Source: Vicugna vicugna
Lineage: Eukaryota
DNA: 64,000 bases
Reading direction: 5' to 3'
Assembly: GCA_013265495.1 (NCBI GenBank)
Contig: MU058540.1
Coordinates: 2,753,696-2,817,695, forward strand
The stretch's first letter is position 1. Each line of letters starts with the position of its first letter. Both the position numbers and the translations under genes were made by a program. Positions 11,595-23,400 of the stretch are shown one piece after another. The notes beneath the pieces are model-generated. The model was given only the letters and a program-made list of their open reading frames with translations. It was not told the origin of the DNA and made no database searches.

Positions 11595-12053
11595 CAGGTG
11601 ATCTCCAACTTAACGATGGTTCAACTTCTGAATTTTTGACTTCATGATGGTGGAAAGCCAATATGCAGGAATTACTTCAAATTTTGAATTTTGACCTTTT
11701 CCTTGGCTAGCGGTGTGCAGCACGATACTCTTGTGCTGGTCAGGGGCAGTGAGCCAAGCCACAGCTCCAAGTCAGCCATGAGATCATGAGGGTAAACAAC
11801 TCTGAAACACTTAAGAAGCTTTCTGGATCCGTACAGTCATTCTGTTTTCCATTGACTATACAGTATTCAATAAATTGTGTGAGGTATTTAACACTTTCTT
11901 AGATAATTTTGCCCAACTGTAGGCTAATGTAAGTGTTCTGAGCACATTTAAGGTAGCTAGGCTAAAACTGTTGGGTGGGTAAGCATATTAAACATTTTCA
12001 ACTTATGATGGATTTGCTGAGATGTAACTCCATTTTAAGTTGAGGAAGATCTG
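11595..12053 (-). mobile_element. Non-autonomous Tigger DNA transposon (MER47/Tigger5-like), both ends intact
   Basis: TA duplications at 11593-11594 and 12054-12055; imperfect TIRs CAGGTGATCTCCAACTTA...TAAGTTGAGGAAGATCTG; internal gcccaactgtaggctaatgtaagtgttctgagcac as in MER47. Confidence 0.85.
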
Positions 12054-13584
12054 TAGTGTATTCAGCACTGAGGCCATACTTCAAAGCCCTTGTTTTCTGT
12101 TCACTGCATTTTTACTTTACAACCCAATCGTAACATGCCATTTTACTGCCATTCAGTGACTGTCAGGATTTAGGGCATGTCTTAATGGTAAAACACGCTC
12201 ATGATAAAAATTAAATTGCATATACACTGGAAAATAATTACCTCCTTTCTAGAGGTAATTTAAATTCTTGTTTTCTAGAAAGTTAAGCATACTGTGATAA
12301 GCAAGTATTGATAAAACTAGAAATGCTAACCGGGTGTCCTTCAGCTAACCTTATCACATCTGAAGCATGCACATCTGAGGTGTATATACTATTCAAATCT
12401 ACCATATATGTCATCATCTAGGCAGATACCACAGTTAAGCAGTCAGTTAAGATATTTCTTGACAAAGGCCTGCCCAGCTTTATCCCGATGCTTAGTGATG
12501 CTTAATTTAATGTGACTAAAATGTTACCGTCAAGGAAGACAAAGCTGTACTAATGTGGCTGGGTTGACACTGATTGTCCATGTTCCCTTTTAACCTTGTG
12601 TCATGGGCATGCTTCAAAGCTGTGACTATTTGCTGTGGTTACTCCAGTCTCTTGGTCTTGACATCACTCAATTTTAACCTGTTCAGGAACGTGAGTGCAA
12701 CATTGGTGAGTACTGCATTTTATATAAGGACTGGTAAACAACAAACTTTCTATTAACTTTCTCAACTTCATAGAGAAAATACAATTTTTTTTCCTTTTCT
12801 AAAAAATGGAATCTTCCAGAGAACACCCCAGAATTCCAGAAAAGGCTGTTTTAGAGATTCATGAGAGCACATTCTCTGTTTCCAAAACCTGGGTGACTGA
12901 AGTTTGGAGTATTATGCAGCATTTCTTAGTTGCTGGCACATTTTGAGTGATCACTCAGATGTTGACAGTGGACCTGGTGATTAAAGCAATTGAACTGGCC
13001 TCCAGAGGCTGCAGTCTGTTGACCTGGAAGAATGCTCCATTCCTTTCCTCAAATGATTTAGATTAATTCTTATACAGGTGAATGGAAGGGTGTTTTTTTG
13101 TTGTTGTTGTTGTTGTTAAATTCAGCTTTATATTAGTCTGTTATTTTCAACTAAGCTGAAAGGGCAGAGTGTTAAAAAGGTTTGGGCAAAGGGTAAGGAT
13201 GGGCCAGCCTTGTATTTGTCTCTGGTTGGATCTCTCGGATGTGGTTGGGCCCAGGAAGGGTTTTTAAGTACTTCCCATGTGCAACATCCAAGATTGGTTC
13301 CTTAATGGCCAATTTTTTGGACTTGACAGGAAGAAAGTAATTTAAAAGGGTGTTAGTAATCTAAGGCAAATGTACTCATCTTGTTTTATTGAGGAAGAGA
13401 CTGGTCACAGCCCAGCAGTGATTGAGCTGGAATAGTGTAACCCAGGTTGCAGGACTAGGTGCAGATTAACTGGAAATGGCCTTAGAGTCCATAGTCCCAG
13501 TCCTTTAAGAGATGAGAAGGTGGATTTGCCCAAGGTCACGCTGGGACAAGGACTGCTCCAACAGCTAATCCAGTGGTAGTTCCA

Positions 13585-13800
13585 GGGAGCAGTATAAGGT
13601 TAAGGTCTTAAGGCTTTGAAGCCACTAGCCAGGGTTTGAATTCCTGGCTTCCTTGCTTATAACTCAGTAACTTTGGACCAGCTGCAAAATCTCTGGTGCT
13701 TCATTTTTCTCATCTATAGAATGGGTAACAATAGGGAACAACTACCTCCTATTATGTTGAGAATGTAGTGATGTGATGCACATACGGCACTCAACACAGA
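13585..13800 (+). mobile_element. MIR SINE
   Basis: gggtttgaattcctggct...tttttctcatctatagaatggg core. Confidence 0.7.
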
Positions 13801-16800
13801 ATGACACTGCCTAGGAAGCGACAGCTAACACTATGACTAGTGTGCAGTAAGCAGTCAAGGAATGGCTTTTAAGCAAAACTGACCCATTTTGGTGCTGGGC
13901 AAGCAGGAGTGCCCCCAGTGCATACTAGGAATGTTTCCACTGACCCTGATCCTTACCCACTTTTGACTTGTCCACTTTGAGGGGACATTAATTTGAGGGG
14001 TCCAAGGTCAAGAGGGACATATTTGTGGTTAAAGAGATGTGGGCAGATTTCAAGAAAGGGGCTTCTCCAGTCACAGTGATAGGCAGGTGGGAAAGATAAG
14101 ATGAAGGATTAAAAGTGTTAGGTGTCTCTTTAAAAATGGGTTTTCCAATTAGGCCAGCCTGTATTCAAATTTCCGTCTTTTGGCTGTGTGTCTGGGGCAA
14201 GTCACTTTTATCTTCATTTCTTATTTGTAAAATAAGTTGAGGATAACAAAAACATACCTCAGAGGGTATAACTGCTGAATCTGTGGTTTTTCCCCCACCC
14301 TTTGCTGCATGTTGGAATCACTGGGGAGGGGGGAAGTTTCAAGAACTAATATTTGAGCTCGGCCCTTGGAGGTTGATTTAGTTTGTCTGAACTGGGAACT
14401 TGGTGTCTGCATGCTTTAAAAGTTCCCGAGGTGATTATGAAGAGCAGTCAGGATTATGTCTGTCTCTTCTCTATCCCAGTTCTCCCAGGCCTCTCTGTAT
14501 ATGGAACAAGGCATATCTGTGCCCTTAGCCTGGGACTCTGCCCACCAGCTGTACCATCTGCCCACTCCTGTTCTTGCCTCTTAAGCTTGCTAAGAGAGGC
14601 AGTTCTGGTTTGGTTCTGTATAGAGGCTGTGGAGCTGGACTGAAAACTCCCAGAATTCCTTGGGCACCTGCTTTGGTGTCACCTAGCAGCTAGATGAGAT
14701 TGCTTTCACCAGAAAGTGCTGCTTTGCTCCTTCAAGTTCACAGTGCTGGATGTTGGGGGGAAAAGGCAGACAGCTAGACATGAAGGGAGGTAAAATTGAA
14801 TTACCATGTGCTGAGCACATGTATGGTGCTTCTCATCAACTCGGTGATGTTGGGGTTATCCCCCTTTTACCCAAGAAGCTCACACAGGGAGACTGGTCTT
14901 AACCCTCTCAGACTTTGGGCCCCCTTCTTGTAAAAAAAAATAATAATGTAAATGTAAAATGATTGACTGTTCTAAAGTGAAATGTTTTCTAGTTCACTAT
15001 TTACCCCCAAAATCAAGATGAAGCCTTAACTATAATATAAAAATAAAAGGAAGGCAGTTCATAAAGTAGTATGTATTTATGTTAGGTATGACTGCTAGAA
15101 GACAAGAAGTCAGATGCTTGAACCCACCTCAAGCCATTCCATACCTGCCCTACAAGAAAATTAAGAGTGAAGGCACATGTAGACACCAGAATAAAAACTA
15201 GAGCCAAGAAGTAATAATACACCAGACTTAACTTGAATTTGACAGGAGAGAAGGGCAAATTAGCTTAACTGAAGAAGGGATAACATGCCAAGACAAATAA
15301 CAGACTGCTGAATTGGAGAAAGGAGGAAGTACAATATTCTCAAATGAGCTGGGCCTTAAAACTATAATGTCAAAAATAACTCCTATTATAATGTGGGGCA
15401 GGGGGAGAGGAGTAAATAAGGTACCTACCCCATGGGGTTGTCACAAGGTTTTAAGTGAATTAATACATGAACTGTGCTCAAAACAGTTCCTGGTACTTAA
15501 ACACTCTTTAATTACTTAATAGTATCTATCCTTTGATAGAAGGGGAAAAGTTGAGGAATCCAAATACACAAGGTAAATTACCCAATTACTTCTAGACAAT
15601 GTCTTTATTCCACTTAATAATTTGTTTAATGAATGGCTTTATCCAGGCACTTATTTTCACCTGTAGTTGGTTCATTCCCGTGGGCATGGGCAGTTCTCTG
15701 TGTGCCAGATATTGAGTATCTCCATCCCCTTCCCCTGAAGTTGGTTAATGTGCTCCTTGGCCAGTGAGACCACCATTTAAAAAAAGAAAAGAAAAATTTT
15801 TTTCTCAGGCACCCACTAGGAGGCAGTACTGCCCCGTTGAGAATACTGTGCCTGAGGTCACACACCTGTTCAGTAGAATTGAGTCTCCACTGACTCAAGT
15901 CTTTTTCACCACGATAATAACAATAAAGACAATAGTGGTAGTAATTAGCATTCTTTGAACTAATGTGCCAGTATTTTGCTAAATGTTTTTACATACACAT
16001 ACCACCAGCTCACTTGAACCTTCACCACTTGAGGGCAGTTTCTCATTTTGCAGATGAAGAAACCAAGGCTTAGGTCTAAGACTCATGTTAAGTGTTTTGT
16101 GTAGAAGAGGTTGTACTTGAGCTAAGTTTTGAAGACTGAATAGAAACCTGGATATATAAAGAAAAAAGCCATATGCCTAAAAGTAAAGACAGGAAACTTC
16201 AAGGTTTTATGTGGACTGACAAGTTTAAGACCCTATGAATTTGTTCAGGGTTTAGAACTGGAGATCAGTAGAAAGTCAGAGCTAGAAGAGATGGGGATTG
16301 GCAATTTTCAAACTTGAAAACTAGCCAAACCTTTTTTTGGAATGAAATCTTATATGATAAGTATAAAGTACATAAAATTTAAATTATTGCTATAAAAAGT
16401 ATAAGTTCTAGTAGATAATACTGGCTTATAAAGACAGAAAATAATGTTTTGATGAATGCAGTCTTAGACTGACCTCAGAACCCACTTTTTCCTGTGTTTT
16501 GGTTATACAGAGAAGTGAATGCAAATGTTAAAAAATTTTAACACCTTATTTTACAATCCCAGAAGTGATAGGCTAGGAAAGACTACTCCAAAACAACTAG
16601 AAAGTAAAGATTCACTTCAGCATGTTAATATGCATATGGTCAAATAGATTTTATGGTTTAAAAAATACTTTAAAAAATCATTAGACATACATGTGTATTT
16701 TTAAAATACAATCAAATGTCTGTGAGACTCCTGTAGCACCATGTGAGAATTCCTTATGCCACCCATACGCTTACTGCACAGAGCCTGAGGTGAAGGGACA

Positions 16801-18861
16801 GGGGAGTGAATTATTCAGACTCATGAAGCCCAGGTAGGGCCATCTTCCAGACACTTGGCCTACTGAGTCCCAGCTCAGTGTTCCTCAGAGACCAGTCATG
16901 ACATCTGATGTGGCAGGGTGCCACAGCCTGGCTGTTCAACCCCTCACCTGAGAGGGCCCTGGCTGCTTGCCCATCTCCCTGGCAGATAAAGACTCAGAGG
17001 GCAAACAGTACGTGGCTCCAGGACTCAGTGCAGGTCTGATTCACCCAGTGGTTTGTGTCAGTGCCAGCCCCAAGGGCTGTCTCCTGATCCTCTGCTCATT
17101 TTCATCACTTCCCTCGCTGTGGCCAGATTGTGGAGTTCTTGAGCAACAGGCAGACACCTGTGCATTTGAGGATGATGCTGGTGCTTTTATGAAAGGTTTT
17201 CCAGGCTGCAGAGGGACTTGCCTGCCCTATTCCTCTGGGCGGCTCAGAGCACTGATTGTCCCATTGGCCTCGGTTTCAGTATCAGGGTGGGGCAGTGTTG
17301 AGGGGTGGAGTGCTGTATTACCAGGGCACAGACATGGTGACAGATGGTGGTTCTGGAGCATGGGCGAACAGGTGGGCTACCTACTCCCAGGATTTCAAAA
17401 ATACCATTTATCAGCCTTTTGAAAGAAGCAATCTACTTACCAACGGCAGGGCATTTAGAAATTTATCCTGTCCTTTTTTTCTTTTTCATAAAAGCATAGT
17501 AAATCATTATTAGGAGATATTTCTTATCACAGTATAATTAGCATTTTTGTTTAGAGAATGCATTCTGTTGTTACTGAAGAGAAGAATACCATGAGCAAGC
17601 AATGTTTTTATATACAAATGATTTAAAAGTAAGTTCATATGCTGAAACCTTTGGTTGGACACAGGCTGTTATTTAATAATAAATTAACCTGACCTTGACC
17701 CAGAGTAGGTCCCACAGAAGCAGGTTCCTACAGTATCGCTCTGCTGGGAAAGGCTTTGCTCTGAGGTTCTGTGGTCACACTGCAAGACAAGGGGAAGTTT
17801 CCACTTTCTCCAGAGTTGGAGGGCTGTCCCTTGATCATACTGCTGTGTATCTGTATACCCGCTCCTGGGACATCACCGTGGCCTCTCATGATAGTGAGGC
17901 CTTTGACCTCTTTGAGAACTCAGTCTCCACAGCCAAGAAGTGGGAGCCACACTGCTTCCCTTCCAGGCTTATTGGGACAAAACCTGAGGTAATGTGTGTA
18001 AAGCTTCAATAACTGCCTGCCACAGAGGGTGCCCCAAAAGTTGCCAATCTCAGCGTTTTTCATATCAGTTCTACTCCATCCCCTTTAATTACTCATTTTT
18101 AATTCAAAGGTAATCCACAGTAGAAAAATTAGAGAACACATAAACAAAAAAGGAAGAAAGAGACTCAGTAGCTTCTGGTTTTCATAAGTTTTTTTTCTAT
18201 ATTCTGTGTGCTTGGAGTGGGAAGTGTCTTCATTTGTGTTTAGGGGGTGTTAGAGAGGTGCTATCATAGCCCCACTTTGTAAATGAGGAAACTGAATTCC
18301 AGAAAGAGGGAGTACATTTTCCAAGGTCATGCAGATAGTAGGAAGGTTAAGCCGGCTTTGAAACCCACAGCCTGTGAGTCCAGGCCCAGCTCTCATGTCA
18401 GGATAAGGAGGGGCCTCAGAGATGTCCTGCACTGAAGTGTCCTCAGGCACCTGCCCCTGAACCCCTCACTTGCGCAGGGAGCCTCATGATGACTAGTGGC
18501 ACATAACCATTCCCCGCTGAAGATAAACTCCTATTTTGTAGCCTGCCCATTCCTAGAGTCCTGGGAGTGGGCAGGTTGTGAATAAACAACCCACTTATGT
18601 AGGGTTTTCAGGCAAGTCAGTTTTGCTTTCCCAAGGGATACTGTGTTGACACTGCCCTTAGGTCTGAAAGCACATAAGTTCTTCCCTTCTGGGCTTTTCC
18701 TTCACTTTAAAGGGTGCTTTTCACTCTGCTTTCTTCTGGCCTTTCCTGTTTGCTAGCTGGCTGTCTTGGGGTTCCCAGCAAATATTTCCATTGTTTTCTA
18801 AGAGAAACAAACATGCACTGTTTTAATGCCTAAACTAACAAATGTGCACCGTTTGTTTCAA

Positions 18862-18941
18862 TGGTTAAAATTATGTTTTGAGGTGGAAGTCAAGTGGATT
18901 GTGGTTAAAATTATGTTTTGAGGTGGAAGTCAAGTGGATTG
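18862..18941. repeat. Perfect 2 x 40-bp tandem duplication
   Basis: TGGTTAAAATTATGTTTTGAGGTGGAAGTCAAGTGGATTG at 18862-18901 and 18902-18941. Confidence 0.97.
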
Positions 18942-20059
18942 AGGGCAAATTGTTTCCTAAAATCTATTAGTATAATTTTAAAGAATTCCAAAAAGATAGA
19001 GGCACGAACGCTAATTGTGTGATGACTGTAAGTAATCATGTGTGATACAGGCCCTGCCCTATGGTGGGCCAGGTGGCACACAAACCTATCTCCTGTGCCA
19101 ACACCGCAATCAGATCTAGTAGCCTTGAGGTGAAGGAAGACATGAGATGTTCACTTACCTGCTTTGCCCATCTAAAGGAGAGGGGACAGTGGGCTGGAAG
19201 TGGCATGTACCTCACATGGTGGCCTATGCCTTCTTGCTGTATCCAGAGCATGTGGACCAGTGTCCTGCCAGCTGAGCTCTGACTCAGCCTCATCCACTGC
19301 TTCAGGCAGAGGCAGCCCTTGATTGGAGACAAGTTTGCTACAGTGGGACCAGATGGCCTGCAGGGTCCTTTCCAGCACTGACATTCTAGGGTTTGGCAAG
19401 TTCAAAAAAAGAATAAGGTTTTTTTGTTTTGTTTTTTTAAGGATGGCAGGTCCAGACAGTTGTCTTCCTGGAGGGGAAAGGAAAAATGTTAAATGCACAC
19501 AGTGGGTGACAATTCATCCAAGGCAGCATCAGGCTATATAACAGGTTTTTTTCCTACAGAGGCCAGACAATTTGATTAAGATTGGAATAGTCTCTTAAAA
19601 CTTAATTCTCACACAACTCTGTTAACAGTTATTATCCCCATTGAACAGATGCGGAAACTGAGGCTTAGAGAAAGAAAATATCTTACCCCAGAGTAAGGAA
19701 ATGCTGCAGCCAGGACTGGGACCCAAGGCCTGACTCAGGCCCAAGCTCTTCTAGCACATTTTAGCTGTGTGTATATGCTATTAACAGGCCTGGCATTGGG
19801 ATTCATATTGATTCACAGGCTGCATAAATACCCAGGAAACCCCTGGAAGAACTGGGTTCTTTCTTAGAGAGGGCCAGTGGGTATAAAGGTCACGGTATGG
19901 GAGAAGGATGCCAAGGAGGAATGAAGAGTGCCAGGGCCAGGAGTTGTCTCTGCAATAGTAACCAGTCACTTTCTGTCACTCAGATTAGCATCAAGATTTT
20001 GCACAACATCTCTAGATTGCACACTGGGAACAGAGGTCCTATGGCTGTCCTCGGTGGGA

Positions 20060-20440
20060 AGAGTATAGCATTCAGAATCTGGAGACCTAGTTTTGGCTCC
20101 TGGCAATACTGTTATACAAGCCTAGGTATATTACTTGGCTTCTTGGGCTTTGGTCTTGTCATCTGTAAAATGGAACTAATTATACTACATCATAGGGCTA
20201 TTATAGGGTTTAAATGGAAAAAAAAATCAATAATCTTTAGTGAACACTTGATAGGTGCCTGGCACTGTTCACCTGTATTAACTGATTTAATCTTCACAGC
20301 AACCCTCAGAGAGTAGGTGCTATTACTGTCTCCGTGTTGGGAAACAGGCACAGGAAAGTTAAGTAACTTGCCCAATATGACATTAGCAGCAAGTGAGGAA
20401 GCTGAGATTGAAACCTAGACAGTGTGGTTTCAGAGTAGGT
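20060..20440. mobile_element. Two adjacent MIR SINEs in opposite orientation
   Basis: catctgtaaaatgg core on + (about 20160), then the minus-strand form aagttaagtaacttgcccaa (about 20360). Confidence 0.65.
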
Positions 20441-23400
20441 ATTCAGTAAGAACCCATTAAATGAATAAATGAATTCTAGGGCTGGTGAATTCCAGACAAC
20501 AGCATTCTGAGTGTCAAAGACTATTCAAAGTAGATGGGCCCTTAGAGGCGCATTAGTTTAACAGGCTGTTAAATGGATGAGGACTCCAGGGGTCAGAGGG
20601 TGAAAGACCTGCGGGAGGTCTTGGTAAATCTATAGCAGAACTGTGAGGACCCAGGCCTCTGGGCAGCCTTGCCCAGTTGGGGTGCCCATGGTCCACAATT
20701 CTGAGCTTATATTCTAGGAAACACAACTCAGTGGAAAAAGTGCAGTCATTTCAATAATCACTAATGCAGAGTCTCTGAACACTTAAGGCACTTCTACTCT
20801 CCGACACAGTGTATCTATTAACCCTTTCCCCAAACACATTAAATAACACTGTTAGGAAGCACTGTTAGGAAAATGGTAAAGGAAGAATAAGGCACTAGGC
20901 AATGCTGTATGGCAACTCATGCCTACAAAACCCCTGCATTTTGGAACACATACAAATGAAGGATAAATTAGAATGGCTGCCTATGGGGCAGGGGGGTGGG
21001 AGTGACCCACAGGGTAAAGGGAAATACATAAAACAAGAGAGGACTAGCCAGGACCAGTGGTGACTGTGAGCCATCATCTGGGGAGTAGGACTGACTCATT
21101 TCACTGCACCAGAGAGCCAAAAATAAAACTGAGTAAAAATAAAAGACAGGATGAAATCACCCTGCCTGAAACACATTGGCTGTGGACTCAAGGAGGAAAG
21201 GGGGGCACACATCCTGGACTGCCTCACCAAAGGCAGAGGCCTGGAAGTGTCCCTGAGCAGGGTAAGCGAGATCAAGGACAGAGCCAGTCACATCAATGTG
21301 AGCTCAAGCGCCAGTCTAGAGGTCACAGGCAGACCCTCCAAGGCCCTAAGGAAGGAGCAAAGGTTAATATCAGAGGTCACACAGTCACCTGCTGCTGCAT
21401 CTTCCTCATTTAGGTTTAACTGAATCCACTATTAGGATGACTCAAAGGATGTCAAGAAGACACACATGTAGGCCAGTAATCCCATAATTGTATGACTGTT
21501 GGCTTGGTCCTCATAAGAGTCCTGCCACAAGCTGGTCCAAGTGGCACATCCACCCATCTCTCAGCCAATGGACTGTGCCTGTCAGGATCAGGTGAAGGAA
21601 AAGGGCATCCTCATTTAGTCAGTTTGCCTATCTGTAGACAGGTAACAGTTGGATGTAGACCTCCCATAACTGCCCACCTGGCTACCCTGGGAAGTGGGTA
21701 TCCCCTGGGCAGAGAGCCTGCAGTTATGAGCTCAAATCACAAGGTGGCAGCATGGGGAAGAAAGCTGGTTCTCAACTCCATGCAGAGGACATTCAGGTTT
21801 GCTTGGGGGCACAGGAAAGGGGGGACCATGGTCCTTAGAGAGCCAGAATGGCTCATTTATTAAACATGATATAAGGCAGAACCCTGTAACTCCAGCGGCT
21901 GGGGGAAGGGCATTAAGGAGAGGCAGGCATGATTTTCTAGAAAGGGGTCCTCAATCAATAATCCACCACAGAGGTGGGTAACTCTACGTGTATGTGAATA
22001 TATGAGTGCTTATGTGTATCTATATGTGAACGTGTGATTGTGTATGTCCAGTGTGTCACTAGTGTGAAGTGTGCCTGTATGTACATTAGTGTGAGAGTGT
22101 GACTATGAGTGTGAGGATTGGGGAAGGGGGAAGCAGCAGGCTCAGGTGTCGCCAGGGAGGCTAAGAGGAAACTATAAAGCTGGGCAATGTCCTCTTTATC
22201 AGAGAGCACTTCTCCTGGGTCAATAGGGGCAGAGCGCAAATACAGATAGTAGTGACTGGGAGGTGCCAAGCATGGCTGTGGTACTGGAGAGGAAGTGGCA
22301 CTCTCATGGGAAAGGAAAGGCCCACACTAAATTCCACTTAGTTCTAAACTCAGAAAACGAACTCTGGGCCCACGTTCCAACCAGCCTGGCCATTTGCAAG
22401 TGGTGCAAGTGGGACAGGTAATCTTCCTGGGCTTCAGTTTCTCTACCTGTAAAATGGCAGAAATAATTGGGCCTGCTTTCCCAGCAGTATGTGAGGATTA
22501 AGAGAGAGAGCTATGTATGTAATGCACTTAGAAGAAGGCCTAATGTGTGATAAGTCTGTTGGTTACGGCAAAAACATGAAATCATGCTATTCAAGGAGGC
22601 CCAGGGACAGCCTGGTCCACACCTGCCACTGCTAAGTTCAATCTCCTGTCCTTCCCCGGTCCCCAGTCTTCTAGAGGGGACCTTGTTGATGGTGCAGTGG
22701 GCCTTCTCAGGAAGTGGTGAGTACCTCATCTCTGGGGAAGGGGGAGTTTATAGGGGACAAGCCTGCCTGGAGGGGGCTGTTAGGCCTGTGACCTTCTAGA
22801 TCCAACTCTAGCTCTGACACCACTCACTCCAGGCAGTTAAGAATATTGACTCACAAAAACTGCTAAAGTTTTGCCCTTGTTTTCTCTTTTCGTTTTATTA
22901 AGGACTGGGTGGAGAGCATTTGGTGTCATCAGGGATTACTTTGAAACTACCGCTTCACATTTGGATCTGGCTTGAGTCAACTGGTCACCATGGAATTTCT
23001 TTTTTTAGTGCATAAATAGCCAAGTTACAGGCAGCTGTTGCCTTGTCCAGGGCAGAAAGCAGCCCGTTGATGTAGAGCTGCCTGGCTCGTATTTCTTGGG
23101 CAAACAGATGCCATGTCTTTCAACTCACCAATTAGGAAGCCCAGAAACTGTGGTTTGGAGACCACATGTCTAGTTATGTCTAGTTATTCAGGTGGCTTTT
23201 ACCTGGGAAGCCCTCTCTGAATGTCAGAACCACAAGATAAAGGACATATATAGTAGCTGGGGGCTCTGCTTCTTAGAGCCATCTCAGGATGCGGTGAACA
23301 TTCAGTGCCAAGTCAGTGAGGAAACTGTTTCGGAGCCAAAGCATTAAAAAACAAACAAACAAACAAAAAAACCCAAACCAGCCATAAACCACTGAGCCTT

